A stretch of 33,493 nucleotides of DNA. It comes from an uncultured Paracoccus sp. Lineage in GTDB: Bacteria; Pseudomonadota; Alphaproteobacteria; Rhodobacterales; Rhodobacteraceae. The notes beneath the pieces are model-generated. The model worked only from the letters and a program-made list of their open reading frames with translations. It was not told the DNA's origin and ran no database searches. The stretch spans positions 1 through 33,493 of the forward strand of contig CALLYR010000606.1 in assembly GCA_937859005.1 (NCBI GenBank), given 5' to 3'. This document shows positions 1 through 9,731 of this stretch, piece after piece (positions within the stretch are counted from its first letter, which is position 1; each line of letters begins with the position of its first letter). A program made the translations under genes and the position numbers.

Positions 1-86
1 TCAGCCCGAAGGTTCTCGACCGCACCCTGCAGCAGTTGGTCTACCTGATGGGCGTCGGCAAGCTGGGAGGCACGGGCAGGCGCTGA
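1..86 (+). CDS. 3' end of an upstream phage gene (partial; ...SPKVLDRTLQQLVYLMGVGKLGGTGRR*)
   Basis: Frame from base 3 is open to TGA at 84-86, with GC3-rich codons like neighbouring genes. Too short to name. Confidence 0.5.
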   Translation, partial: SPKVLDRTLQQLVYLMGVGKLGGTGRR

Positions 87-109
87 CCAACCCGCAGCAG
101 GCTGGGTGT

Positions 110-245
110 TGCGCGAAAGACACGACCCCCCCGGTAAGGGACCGTACCTGTGGCAGGAATGTCGCGGGACCGCGGCTCCGCGATCCAGCTTCAATTCTGG
201 ATAATCTCCAACGCCGCTTCGCTTCGCCCAAGAGGACCCGCCGAT
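110..245. other. Probable cos/packaging initiation region
   Basis: Non-coding gap directly upstream of the small terminase. Lambda gpA-type terminases cut cos at this position. Exact cut site not identifiable. Confidence 0.35.
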
Positions 246-246
246 C

Positions 247-753
247 ATGCCGAAGGACGTGCCAGCGGCCGACCTGATGGTCGGCGTGACCGAAATTGCC
301 GCGATGGCGGGCCGGACGGTGCGCTGGGTGCAACTGATGGCCAAAGACGGCCATTTCGAGAAGGGCGCGCGCGGTCAGTATCGGTTGGGGTCGGTCATCG
401 CGGGGCTGGTCGGACATTACGAGGCGCTTCTCGAAAAAGGGTCCCGCAGCGCGGCGGCAACCGAGGCCACTCAGGCGCGGGCCGAGGAGATCCGGCAACG
501 GATGGCGATGCGGGATCGGACGCTGATCCCGATCGAGGATGCGACCATGGCGCTGGATCAGCTGGCGGGCGTGGTCAACGGCGAGTTGTCAGGGCTGCCC
601 GCGCGGATCAGCCGCGACATGACCGTGCGCAAGAAGGCAGAGGCCGAGGTTCATGCGTCGAAAGAACGGATCAGCACCGCCCTCACCGAAGCTGCGGGAG
701 CTGCTCGAACGGGCCGCGGCCTTGATGAGGCCGGCGCCGATAGCGACGCCTGA
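247..753 (+). CDS. Terminase small subunit (Nu1-like)
   Basis: N-terminal HTH-like segment (VTEIAAMAGRTVRWVQLM), coiled coil and LIPIEDA...LSGLPARI pattern; overlaps the large terminase. Confidence 0.85.
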   Translation: MPKDVPAADLMVGVTEIAAMAGRTVRWVQLMAKDGHFEKGARGQYRLGSVIAGLVGHYEALLEKGSRSAAATEATQARAEEIRQRMAMRDRTLIPIEDATMALDQLAGVVNGELSGLPARISRDMTVRKKAEAEVHASKERISTALTEAAGAARTGRGLDEAGADSDA

Positions 754-2665
754 CGAGTGGGCGGCACGGCATCGGGAATATCCCCCGTCGTCGGGGATGC
801 CAGGGCCGCGCAACCCGTATCTGACCGCCTATCAGGTACCGTTCGAGCGCAGGATCCATGCGCGCACGCACCGTCGGGTCGTGGCAGTGACTGCGGCGCA
901 GAGCGGCAAGACCGAGGCGCTGCTGGACGTGATCGGCGCGCGCCTCGACCAGCGGCCGGCGCCGATCATCTATGTCGGTCCCTCGCGCGAGTTCGTGACC
1001 GACCAGTTCGAGCCGCGCCTGATGGAGCTGCTCGACCAGGCGCCGACCTTGGCCGACAAGGTTGTGCGCGGGCGGCGCATGAAGAAGACCCTGAAATGGG
1101 TGGCCGGGGTGCGGGTGCGCCTCGCGTCCGCCGGCAGCTCCACCGCCCTGAAATCCGACCCTGCCGCCCTCGGTATCGTGGACGAGATCGACGAGATGAT
1201 GGCGAACGTGAAGGGGCAGGGCGATCCGCTGGGCTTGGTCGAGGCCCGCGGCGAAACCTATGCGGACTTCGTCACGGCGGTCGTGTCCACGCCCTCGATC
1301 GGGCTGGTGGAAACCGAGGTCGATGAGGTCAGCGGGCTGGAATTCTGGGCCCGGGCCGATGTGGATCAAGTGCAGAGTCCGATCTGGCGGCTGTGGCAGA
1401 GCGGAACGCGGCATCACTTCGCCTGGCCGTGCCCGGACTGCGGCGATTACTTCGTGCCGCGGTTCAAGCATCTATGGTGGCCGAAGAACAGCACGCCCGC
1501 GCAGGCGCGGCGCGAGGCCCGGCTGGTCTGTCCGCATTGCGGCGTGCTGATCGAGGACAGCAGCAAGGCTGGGATGATCGCGGAGGGCGTCCAGGTCGCG
1601 CCCGGCCAGACCATCGAGGAGGCACGCGCCGGGGTGAACGAGCCGGACGTGTCCACCTGGTCGTGCTGGACCTCCGGCCTGTGCAGCCCGTTCAAGAGCT
1701 GGGGCGAGCGGGCCGAGAACTATCTGGCCGCGCTGGCCACGGGCGAGCCTGACAAGCTCCAGACCGTGATGAACGCCAATTTCGGCGAGTGCTATTCGCT
1801 GGTGGCGGGGTCGGATCAGCCGGAATGGGCGGAGATCCGGGAGCGCGCTTTGCCTTATGCGGCGGGCGAGGTGCCGGCCGAGGCCTTGCGGCTGGTGATG
1901 GGCGTCGACGTGCAGCGGATGTCGCTCTATTTCGTGATCCGAGCCTACGGCGCGCGCGGCACGTCCTGGCTGGTTCAGCACGGGCAGCTGTTCGGACCGA
2001 CCGATGCGGATGACGTGTGGGCGGCGCTGGCGGATCTGATGCTCACGCCGGTGGCAGGCATGCAGATTGAGCGCGTGGGGATCGACAGCGGCTATCGGCC
2101 CGACAAGCCGGACGCGGGCAGCGAGCACAAGGTCTATGAATTCGCCCGCCGCTTTCCGTGGCTGGTGGTGCCGACGAAGGGCCGCGACGTGCAGTCGCCG
2201 CCGTTCCGCCTGTCGAAAATCGAGGTCAAGCGGGACGGCAAACGGGCTGCCTATTCGGTGGAGCTGGCGATCCTGTCGACCGACTTCTTCAAGTCGCTGG
2301 TCCAGTCGAAGATCAGGACGCCGATGGGCGTGCCGGGTGCGTTCTATGTCCACTCCGAGGTGGACGAGGACTATTGCCGGCAGGTCACGTCCGAGGTTCG
2401 GACCATCGCCGAGGGCCGGCCCAAATGGCTGCCCCGCTCGCGGCAGAACCACCTCTGGGATGCGGAGACCATTGCCGAGGCGATGGCCTATTCGCTGAAC
2501 GTGCAGCGGATCCCGGTCGGACTGATGCACGAGGCGCAGGACAGTGACGAACCGGCGCAGGCCGCGGCGGTTCCGGTCCGCGCGACGGTTCCGACTGCCA
2601 CTGCCGCACCGGCAGCGGACCGGAAGGCAAGAATGGCAGCCCGCGCGATGCGCATGGGACGCTGA
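653..2665 (+). CDS. Terminase large subunit, lambda GpA family (start may be ATG 725)
   Basis: Walker A-like AQSGKTE, Walker B GIVDEID, STP motif, CPDC/CPHC zinc ribbon, nuclease MGVDVQ, C-terminal NHLWDAE. Confidence 0.95.
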   Translation: MRRKNGSAPPSPKLRELLERAAALMRPAPIATPDEWAARHREYPPSSGMPGPRNPYLTAYQVPFERRIHARTHRRVVAVTAAQSGKTEALLDVIGARLDQRPAPIIYVGPSREFVTDQFEPRLMELLDQAPTLADKVVRGRRMKKTLKWVAGVRVRLASAGSSTALKSDPAALGIVDEIDEMMANVKGQGDPLGLVEARGETYADFVTAVVSTPSIGLVETEVDEVSGLEFWARADVDQVQSPIWRLWQSGTRHHFAWPCPDCGDYFVPRFKHLWWPKNSTPAQARREARLVCPHCGVLIEDSSKAGMIAEGVQVAPGQTIEEARAGVNEPDVSTWSCWTSGLCSPFKSWGERAENYLAALATGEPDKLQTVMNANFGECYSLVAGSDQPEWAEIRERALPYAAGEVPAEALRLVMGVDVQRMSLYFVIRAYGARGTSWLVQHGQLFGPTDADDVWAALADLMLTPVAGMQIERVGIDSGYRPDKPDAGSEHKVYEFARRFPWLVVPTKGRDVQSPPFRLSKIEVKRDGKRAAYSVELAILSTDFFKSLVQSKIRTPMGVPGAFYVHSEVDEDYCRQVTSEVRTIAEGRPKWLPRSRQNHLWDAETIAEAMAYSLNVQRIPVGLMHEAQDSDEPAQAAAVPVRATVPTATAAPAADRKARMAARAMRMGR

Positions 2666-2668
2666 CAG

Positions 2669-2697
2669 GGGGCGCGCCGATCAGGACGCGCCCCTTT
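2669..2697 (+). terminator. GC-rich hairpin after terminase (possible terminator or processing site)
   Basis: GGGGCGCG (2669-2676) / CGCGCCCC (2687-2694) followed by TTT. Confidence 0.4.
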
Positions 2698-2716
2698 CCA
2701 CAAGGAAGGGGCCGTC

Positions 2717-4351
2717 ATGGCGCAACTGCTTGACCACACCGGCGCGCCCCTGATCCGGGCCGATGCTCCCGTCAAGGTGCCGGGCTCGTCCCGCTATACC
2801 AGCGGATACATGCGCGGTGGGCGCAGCGTGGCCCTGGCCGCTTGGCAGCCGGCGCTGCGCGAGGCGCAGGACGACATCGCCGCGGCGTGGGAGAAGGCCG
2901 CGGCGCGGGCGAACGATGCGATCATCAACTCGGGCTGGCTGTCCGGCGCGATCGAGCAGTGCGTGGCGAACACGGTCGGTACGGGGCTGCGCCTGAAGGC
3001 CCAGCCCGAGAACGACCTGTTCGGCATGTCCAACAAGGCCGCTCAGGGGTGGTCCAAGATGGTCGAGCAGCGGTTCGAGTTGTGGTCCACCAACCCGCCG
3101 GAATGCGACCTGCAGGCGCAGCGCAGCCTGGGCCAGATGCAGGCTGCGGCGTTCCGGGGCTGGATCGGGACGGGCGAGATCCTGTCCGCTACCGTCTGGC
3201 GCCCGGGCCGGACTGGATGCCAGTATGGCACGAAGGTCCAGGTTCTGCCTGCCTACCGGCTGGCGCGCGAGACGAACGCGATGCAGCATTTGTTCACCGG
3301 CGTATTCGTGAACGCCGACGACATGCCGGTGGCTTATCGCATCCGTCGGCGCACCGCTTACGGAACCTGGGACGCGGTCGATGTGCGGGCACGCGACAGT
3401 CTCGGCCGCCGTCTGGTCGGGCATTTCTTTGATGCACCCTTGGGCGCCCATCGCGGGATCGGGCCGCTGGCGCCGGTGCTGCAAGTGATCCGTCAGTTCG
3501 ACGACATGTCGGACGCGACCCTGTCGGCGATGGTGCTCAAGACCCTGTTCGCCGCAACGGTGGAGAGTGACCTGCCGACGGCCGAGGTCCTGCAGGGTCT
3601 GCTGGGCGAGGCCGAGATGGCGCGCATCCAGCGAGAGGCGATCACGGGCGGGGGCGAGACGCCGCTGGAGGCATGGATGGACATGGCGATGGGCTTCCAC
3701 GAAGGATCGCAGATCGACGTGGGCCGGTCTGGTCGGGTGGCGCATCTGATGCCGGGCGAGAAGCTGACCCTGCAATCGGTGCAAGCGCCGGGGTCCGATT
3801 ACAAGGACTTCTCGGCCGACCTGAAGCGCGAGATGGCTCGGGCGCTGGGCATGACGTACGAGAGCTTCACCGGCGATTACAACGGCGCGACCTACAACTC
3901 GATGTCTTACGGGACAACCGAGATCTTCGAGGTCACGAAGGCGCGCCGGGCCAACATCGTCGCGCCCTTCTGCCAGATGGCTTACGAGGCTTGGCTGGAA
4001 GAGGAAATCCTCGAGCGCGGGATGGAATTCCCCGGCGGACCCGAGGCGTTTCTCGCCAACCGCGCCGCGGCAAGTCGGGCACTGTGGATCGGGGCACCGA
4101 AGCCGCTGGCCGACATGCTGAAGGCCGCCAAGGCCTTCGAGACGCTGGATCGGATGGGCGTGCTGCCACAGCGCGCCGTGGCCGAGGCGTGGGGCATGGA
4201 CATTGAGGATGTCTACCACGCGCGCCAGCAGGAAGCCGAAATGCGCCGGACCTACCAGCTTCCCGAGCCCGCGCACATGGGCGCGCAGGGCGGGGCGCCG
4301 AAGCCGCAGGGCGACAATCAGGACGACGAGGACGAGGCCGATGGCGCTTGA
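2717..4351 (+). CDS. Portal protein, lambda family
   Basis: 544 aa; motifs NTVGTGLRL, HRGIGPLAPVL, ALGMTYESFTGDYNGATYNS; AAGGAAGGGG RBS; follows terminase. Confidence 0.93.
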   Translation: MAQLLDHTGAPLIRADAPVKVPGSSRYTSGYMRGGRSVALAAWQPALREAQDDIAAAWEKAAARANDAIINSGWLSGAIEQCVANTVGTGLRLKAQPENDLFGMSNKAAQGWSKMVEQRFELWSTNPPECDLQAQRSLGQMQAAAFRGWIGTGEILSATVWRPGRTGCQYGTKVQVLPAYRLARETNAMQHLFTGVFVNADDMPVAYRIRRRTAYGTWDAVDVRARDSLGRRLVGHFFDAPLGAHRGIGPLAPVLQVIRQFDDMSDATLSAMVLKTLFAATVESDLPTAEVLQGLLGEAEMARIQREAITGGGETPLEAWMDMAMGFHEGSQIDVGRSGRVAHLMPGEKLTLQSVQAPGSDYKDFSADLKREMARALGMTYESFTGDYNGATYNSMSYGTTEIFEVTKARRANIVAPFCQMAYEAWLEEEILERGMEFPGGPEAFLANRAAASRALWIGAPKPLADMLKAAKAFETLDRMGVLPQRAVAEAWGMDIEDVYHARQQEAEMRRTYQLPEPAHMGAQGGAPKPQGDNQDDEDEADGA

Positions 4352-4604
4352 GATCAACGAGGCCGATCCCTGCGGCGCGGTGCAGCAGTTGCGCGCGGTC
4401 TATTACAACCTGATCGCGGGCCAGGCGAAGGCGGAGATCAGCTTTCGCGCGGGGCCGAACGGCGTCGAGCGTCGGGTGACGTTCGCCAAGGCCGATGTCC
4501 CCAAGCTGGAGCGCGAGATCGCGCGGCTGGAGGACCTGTGCGCGCAGGCGAATGGGCTGGTCAGGCGGCGGCGGTTCTCGATCGCGTCGGGCGGGAGGTT
4601 CTGA
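4341..4604 (+). CDS. Head-tail joining protein, gpW-like (87 aa)
   Basis: MALEINEADPC...LRAVYYNLIAGQ...RRVTFAKADVPKLEREIARLE...RRRRF matches the gpW pattern; TGA/ATG coupled to the next gene. Confidence 0.75.
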   Translation: MALEINEADPCGAVQQLRAVYYNLIAGQAKAEISFRAGPNGVERRVTFAKADVPKLEREIARLEDLCAQANGLVRRRRFSIASGGRF

Positions 4605-5917
4605 TGACCACAGAGACTGCGGGGCGTTCGGCCCCGCTTCTGCATCTGGCGGACCGGGTGCTGAACCGCCCGCTGCTGGTGCATCCCGACAAGGCCGCCA
4701 TTGTGGCCGGTGCCTTGTCGGGCCGGATCGGGCTGGGAGACGGTGCGTTCCTGGATGCCATGACGCCGGACGCGAGCCGCTTCTACGGCACGCGGCAGCG
4801 GCAGGATGGGTCCTACAGTCTCAACCCGGCAAGTGATGGGGTGGCAATCATCACGGTGGCCGGCTCGCTGGTCAACCGCGGCGCTTGGGTCGGGGCATCG
4901 TCGGGGCTCGTCAGCTATGAGGGCCTGTCGGCGCAGGTGGCCGAGGCGACGGCCGATCCGGCCGTGCGCGCGGTGATCTTCGATATCGACAGCGGCGGCG
5001 GCGAGGCGGGCGGCGTGACCGCGCTGGGCGCGTCCATCGCGGCCTTGGCGGCGAAGAAGCGCACGGTCGCGGTCGTCAACGACACGGCCTGCAGCGCGGC
5101 CTACTGGATCGCGTCGCAGTGTCGGGAGATCGTGATCAGCGAGACCTCGGCAGTAGGCTCCATCGGCGTCGTCGTGCTGCACGTCGATCGCTCGGGCGAG
5201 ATGGCAGACATGGGCTGGGTGCCCACCCTGATCCACGCCGGAGCGCACAAGGTCGATGGTCACCCCTTCGCCCCGCTGCCCGACGCTGTGCGGGCCGACT
5301 GGCAGGCCAGCATCGACGATCTTCACCGCACCTTCTGCGAGGCGGTCGCGCGCGGGCGCGGCCGGAAGATGGACGCCGACCAGGCGCGCGCCACCCAAGC
5401 ACGCGTGTTCTATGGCAAGGCCGCGATTGCGGCCGGGCTGGCCGACCGCGTCGGCACCTTCGAGGCCGTTCTGGCCGAACTGAAACAGCGGCCCGCAGGT
5501 GGCGCCGCGCCGAAACCGAAAGGGAACCGGATGGACAACGAGAACCAGCCCGCCGCCGGCATCAACGCCGAGGCTCATGCCGCAGCGGTTGCCGAGGCCA
5601 CCAAGGCGGGCGCGACGGCGGAACGGGCGCGGATCAGCGCGATCCTGACCTGCGAGGCCGCGGCCGAGCGGCCCAGGCTGGCGCAGAAGGTCGCGCTGGA
5701 GACGGACCTGCCTGCAGAGGCGGCCGCCGCGATCATCTCCGCCGCGGCACCCGAGAACAGGACGGGCATCAGGTCGCTGGCCGAGCGGTCGAAGGAAAGC
5801 CCCGAGCCCGGCCTCGACATGGGCGGGTCCGGAGTGGGTGCGTCGTCCGGATCGGCCGAGGATGCCGAGGCTCGGCGCAAGCGCGTCGTGGCGAAGGTGA
5901 GCGGCGGCGCCCGCTGA
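4604..5917 (+). CDS. S49 family head maturation protease (gpC-like) with C-terminal scaffold region
   Basis: FDIDSGGGE, CSAAYWIAS (catalytic Ser), VGSIGV, GAHKVDG, AIAAGLADRVGTFE; ATG 4604 after GGGAGG. Confidence 0.92.
   Translation: MTTETAGRSAPLLHLADRVLNRPLLVHPDKAAIVAGALSGRIGLGDGAFLDAMTPDASRFYGTRQRQDGSYSLNPASDGVAIITVAGSLVNRGAWVGASSGLVSYEGLSAQVAEATADPAVRAVIFDIDSGGGEAGGVTALGASIAALAAKKRTVAVVNDTACSAAYWIASQCREIVISETSAVGSIGVVVLHVDRSGEMADMGWVPTLIHAGAHKVDGHPFAPLPDAVRADWQASIDDLHRTFCEAVARGRGRKMDADQARATQARVFYGKAAIAAGLADRVGTFEAVLAELKQRPAGGAAPKPKGNRMDNENQPAAGINAEAHAAAVAEATKAGATAERARISAILTCEAAAERPRLAQKVALETDLPAEAAAAIISAAAPENRTGIRSLAERSKESPEPGLDMGGSGVGASSGSAEDAEARRKRVVAKVSGGAR
5531..5917 (+). CDS. Probable nested scaffolding protein (Nu3-like), internal in-frame start
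   Basis: AAGGGAA precedes in-frame ATG 5531; product MDNENQPAA...AERARISAIL is Ala-rich and helical. Lambda C/Nu3 has this arrangement. Confidence 0.6.
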   Translation: MDNENQPAAGINAEAHAAAVAEATKAGATAERARISAILTCEAAAERPRLAQKVALETDLPAEAAAAIISAAAPENRTGIRSLAERSKESPEPGLDMGGSGVGASSGSAEDAEARRKRVVAKVSGGAR

Positions 5918-5984
5918 CATCGACGGCTGGCGCGTCCATCGCGGCGCGCCCTGAACATCATCAGGCGACAAGGGGAGATCATCC

Positions 5985-6359
5985 ATGCCCGCCATTCTCG
6001 ATAGCGGCGCCCGCGATACCGGGTGCATCCTGAGCGAGCCCAACGGTCATCGTGGCCGCGCGAACATCGTGATCGCCGCGGGAGCGGGCATTCTCGCCCC
6101 CAACACCGTGCTGGCGAAGGTCACGGCCAGCGGCAAGTATGTCACCGCCAAGGCCACCGGCTCCGACGGCAGCCAGACGGCTGCGGCCGTGCTGCTCTAT
6201 GGCGTCGATGCCACGGCAGGCGACGTGTGGGTCGCGGGCTTGGTCCGCGACGCCGAGGTGAACGGGAAAACTCTCGTTTACGACCCCTCGATCAGTTCGC
6301 AGGCCCTGCGGCTGGCGAAGGACGCCGAGCTGGCGGCCGCCGGCATCATCGTCCGCTGA
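5985..6359 (+). CDS. Head decoration protein (gpD-like)
   Basis: 124 aa; SDGSQTAAAVLLYGVDAT, VRDAEVNG, LAAAGIIVR; lies between protease and capsid. Confidence 0.88.
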   Translation: MPAILDSGARDTGCILSEPNGHRGRANIVIAAGAGILAPNTVLAKVTASGKYVTAKATGSDGSQTAAAVLLYGVDATAGDVWVAGLVRDAEVNGKTLVYDPSISSQALRLAKDAELAAAGIIVR

Positions 6360-6364
6360 TGGAC

Positions 6365-6385
6365 GCGCGCCGTCTCACGGCGCGC
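6365..6385. other. Perfect intergenic hairpin before the capsid gene
   Basis: GCGCGCCGT-CTC-ACGGCGCGC, 9-bp stem. Confidence 0.4.
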
Positions 6386-6431
6386 CCGCGCGGGCATCCA
6401 TGAAACGAGAGACGGCAGACAAGGGAAAACC

Positions 6432-7475
6432 ATGCCCACGCTCGATATTTTCAACGACGACGCGTTCTCCGTCGTCTCGCTGACCCAGACCATCAACGAT
6501 ATCCCGTTCCGGCCCGGTCGGATCGGCCAGATGGGCCTGTTCGAAGCCGACCGCATCAGCACCACCGTGGCGATGATCGAAAGCCAGGGTGGCCTGCTGC
6601 GCATTGTCTCGCCCACGCCCCGCGGCGGTCCCGGCGTGACCCTGCCGAAGGAAGGTCGCAACATCCGGCCGCTGCTGGTGCCGCATTTCGAGATCAACGA
6701 TGCGATCAACGCGGACGAGGTCCAGAACGTGCGCGCCTTCGGCACCGAGAGCGAGCTGGAGACGGTGCAGACCAAGGTCGCGCAGCGCCAGCGCCTGCAC
6801 GCCGACAGCATGGCGCTGACTGAGGAACACGCCCGCATGGGCGCGATCAAGGGCGTCGTCACCTATGCCCCGGCCGAGAACGGTACTGTCGTCCCGCCGC
6901 TGAATCTCTATACCGAGTTCGGCGTGACCAAGCCGGCCACAGTGCAGTTCAACTTCGGCACCACCGCGACCGACGGCGCGTTGCTGAAGCTGACGCAAGG
7001 GATCAAGCGCCAGATCGGCGACGCGCTGGGTGGGGCGGGCTTCGACCACATCCACGCCTTCGTGGGCGACAACTTCTTCGACGGACTGCTGACCTCGAAA
7101 GAGGTGCGCGAGACCTACAAGAACACGTCGCAGGCGTCCTTCCTGCGCGACAGCTACATCGACGCGAGCCGCCTGTCCTGGGGCGTGTTCGAGTTTGGCG
7201 GCATCGTGTTTGAGAACTATCGTGGCAAGGTCGGAACCGAGGCTTTCGTCGCCACCGACGAGGCGCGGTTCTTCCCCGTGGGCACCCCCGGCCTGTTCCG
7301 CACGGTCTATGCACCGGCGGACTATGTCGAGACGGTCAACACGCTGGGCGAGCGGCTCTACACCAACCAGTGGACGGCCCCGAACCGCAAGCGGATCGAA
7401 CTCGAGACGCAGATGAACGCGCTGCAGTATTGCTCGCGTCCGCCGGCGCTGATCGAGGGTCGCATCGCGGCCTGA
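6432..7475 (+). CDS. Major capsid protein, lambda gpE family
   Basis: LDIFNDDAFSVVSLTQTIN, TEEHARMGAIKG, FGGIVFENYRG, YAPADYVETVNTLG, ETQMNALQYCSRP. Confidence 0.93.
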   Translation: MPTLDIFNDDAFSVVSLTQTINDIPFRPGRIGQMGLFEADRISTTVAMIESQGGLLRIVSPTPRGGPGVTLPKEGRNIRPLLVPHFEINDAINADEVQNVRAFGTESELETVQTKVAQRQRLHADSMALTEEHARMGAIKGVVTYAPAENGTVVPPLNLYTEFGVTKPATVQFNFGTTATDGALLKLTQGIKRQIGDALGGAGFDHIHAFVGDNFFDGLLTSKEVRETYKNTSQASFLRDSYIDASRLSWGVFEFGGIVFENYRGKVGTEAFVATDEARFFPVGTPGLFRTVYAPADYVETVNTLGERLYTNQWTAPNRKRIELETQMNALQYCSRPPALIEGRIAA

Positions 7476-7532
7476 TCCTGCTGGTGGCGCCTTGCGCGCC
7501 GCCTGTTCCCCTCGACCTGAAGGAACATCGCC

Positions 7533-7949
7533 ATGCTGTCTCCCAGCCCTTTCGCCGAACTGGATGCCATCGTCTCCGAGGCGGTCGAGGAGGAATTCGG
7601 CAGCCGCGCGACCCTGATGCCCTTCACGCAGGCCTCGTCCCAATATGCCAACCCGCGCCCCGATCCGGCCCGGCCCGAGGCCGAGGTTGTCGGCATCTTC
7701 TCGTCCGGCCCGGCCATCGACGGGATTGCGGGGCAGGCGCGCGCCGGGGCCAGTTCTGGCCCCACCATGATCACCGGGCAGTCGCTGGTCTTCTGGATCA
7801 GCGCTGCGACCGTCGAGGCGCTGCCCTGGGCGGTCCGCTCCGGTGATCGCCTGCGCTTCCCGGATGCCGCCGACCCGCGGCGCTATCGGATCGCGGCCAT
7901 CCGTCCGACCGACATGGGCGACCTGGAACTGATGCTTACCGAGGACTGA
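7533..7949 (+). CDS. Putative head-closure / head-tail adaptor protein
   Basis: Follows capsid; beta-rich, with VRSGDRL...YRIAAIRPTDMGDLELML ending like FII-type proteins. Confidence 0.55.
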   Translation: MLSPSPFAELDAIVSEAVEEEFGSRATLMPFTQASSQYANPRPDPARPEAEVVGIFSSGPAIDGIAGQARAGASSGPTMITGQSLVFWISAATVEALPWAVRSGDRLRFPDAADPRRYRIAAIRPTDMGDLELMLTED

Positions 7950-7955
7950 CCGGCC

Positions 7956-8753
7956 ATGAGCCTGACCCGCACCCTGACCCGGATTGCGACCGTGAAGGCG
8001 CTGACCGGCGCGACGTTGGCATCCGATCAGGTCTTTGACAGTGCCATCGATCCTTATGACACGCGCGTCACTGTCGATGCCCGGCCCATGATCGTCGTCT
8101 ATACCGACGATGAGGAGACCGAGGTTTCTGGACGTGGCGACTGGCTGCAGGGCGGCGTGTGCGAGCTGGTGATCGAGATCGTCGTGGCGGGCCTTGCACC
8201 CGACACGCCCTATGATGCGCCCGATCCCGACGGGGACGGGCCTCATCCCGATCCCGCGCCGCGCCAGCTGCAGATCCCGCGCAGCGATGCCGGGCTGGAA
8301 CTGACCCTCGACATGATCGAGGGGCAGGTGATTCGCACTCTCACGGGTGATCAGGAGCCTTGGGCGCAGGCCTGGCGCGGGCTGGTGGTGACCATCATCA
8401 AGCGCCTGTCGCGCCGTGGCGCATCGGCCGAGCAGGGCAACCGCTATGCGGTGCGCCAGCTGGTGATCAGTTGCGAGATGGTGACGGACCCGGCGCATGG
8501 CGGGGTGATTGGCCCCCAGACCCCATGGGGCCGCGCGCTGGGTCTGATGGAGGCTAACGAGGACGAGGCGGACCTGGCGCGTATCCTGCGGATCGCGGCC
8601 GAGGGCGTGCCGCTGGCGGACTGGCGGCGCGAAGCGGCCCGTCTGGGCGTCAGCCTGGAGACGGTCGAGGCGCTGGGCATCGGCCCGGCCGGGGCACCGG
8701 ACGGCACGTTGCTGGCCGAAGTGAACGTTGTGCGGCAGGAGCCGGGCGCATGA
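7956..8753 (+). CDS. Putative neck / tail terminator protein
   Basis: 265 aa between adaptor and baseplate spike; VFDS...PMIVVYTDDE pattern. Function from synteny. Confidence 0.5.
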   Translation: MSLTRTLTRIATVKALTGATLASDQVFDSAIDPYDTRVTVDARPMIVVYTDDEETEVSGRGDWLQGGVCELVIEIVVAGLAPDTPYDAPDPDGDGPHPDPAPRQLQIPRSDAGLELTLDMIEGQVIRTLTGDQEPWAQAWRGLVVTIIKRLSRRGASAEQGNRYAVRQLVISCEMVTDPAHGGVIGPQTPWGRALGLMEANEDEADLARILRIAAEGVPLADWRREAARLGVSLETVEALGIGPAGAPDGTLLAEVNVVRQEPGA

Positions 8754-9265
8754 TCGGCGAACTGGCGCGGCTGGCTCGCGAGGTGGCCGAAATCAGGCGG
8801 GCCATGGCAGCGACGATGCGGTCGGGCACCGTGGCCGAGGTGGACGCCGCAGCCGGCACGGTCCGGCTGGATCTGGGCGAAGGCATGTTGTCGGCACCCG
8901 TGCCCTATACGCAATTCGCCGGGGCCTTGAAGGTCCACACGCCGCCGTCGGTGGGCCAGCAGATGTTCCTGCTGTCCCCTTCCGGCGAGACGGCGCAGGG
9001 CTGCGCGCTGCCTCTGACCTGGGGCGGCGGCAACGATGCGCCTTCCGGCGCGGCGAACGAGAACGTTCTGACCTTCGGCGCCGTGCGGATGCAGATCACC
9101 GACGCGGCGATCGAGATCGTCGTCGGCGGCGTCACGCTGACGATCAGCGCGGCCGGACTGTCGGTGAACGGCGGCCGGGTCGAGCACGACGGCACGAACA
9201 TCGGATCGACCCATACCCATGGCGGGGTGGATCGTGGCGGGTCCAACACGGACCCGCCGGAGTGA
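8750..9265 (+). CDS. Baseplate spike, P2 gpV-like
   Basis: GTVAEVDAAAGTVRL, PPSVGQQM, C-terminal HTHGGV (HxH metal-binding tip); ATGA overlap. Confidence 0.9.
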   Translation: MIGELARLAREVAEIRRAMAATMRSGTVAEVDAAAGTVRLDLGEGMLSAPVPYTQFAGALKVHTPPSVGQQMFLLSPSGETAQGCALPLTWGGGNDAPSGAANENVLTFGAVRMQITDAAIEIVVGGVTLTISAAGLSVNGGRVEHDGTNIGSTHTHGGVDRGGSNTDPPE

Positions 9266-9278
9266 GAGAGGAGCCCCT

Positions 9279-9710
9279 ATGGCACAGAAGCTCTATACCG
9301 TGACCGACAAGGCGGGCCGCTATGTCGCGGGCACGCGCAACACCGGCGTCGGCACCACGCTGTCGCTGACCGACAAGCAGGCCGAGGCGGCGCTGCGCGA
9401 CGGCACCCTGGTCGAGGCGCCCGAAGGCGCGGGGCAGGACGCGCCCTTCGCCGTGGCGACCGTAACCGACACTGCGGCCAACGCGCGCGGCGAGGTGGAC
9501 AGCCTGCCCGAGGCGACCGATCCCGACGCGCCCGCTCGGGCGGCGGGCAGCGCAACCGTGAAGCAGGCGGTCGAGGAGCAGCGCACGGCCGAAGGCAAGA
9601 CGCTCGCCGAGCCGACCGCGCCTGTGACACCGGCAACGGCGGCCCCGACCACCACGAGCCCTGCGCCTGCGCCGAAAAAGGCCGCCAGCGCGGAGAACAA
9701 GCAGTCCTGA
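9279..9710 (+). CDS. Hypothetical phage protein: small N-terminal domain plus Ala/Pro/Thr-rich tail (143 aa)
   Basis: GAGGAG RBS before ATG 9279; typical codon usage. Confidence 0.7.
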   Translation: MAQKLYTVTDKAGRYVAGTRNTGVGTTLSLTDKQAEAALRDGTLVEAPEGAGQDAPFAVATVTDTAANARGEVDSLPEATDPDAPARAAGSATVKQAVEEQRTAEGKTLAEPTAPVTPATAAPTTTSPAPAPKKAASAENKQS

Positions 9711-9731
9711 TCCTGAAGGGAGGCCCCGGCC

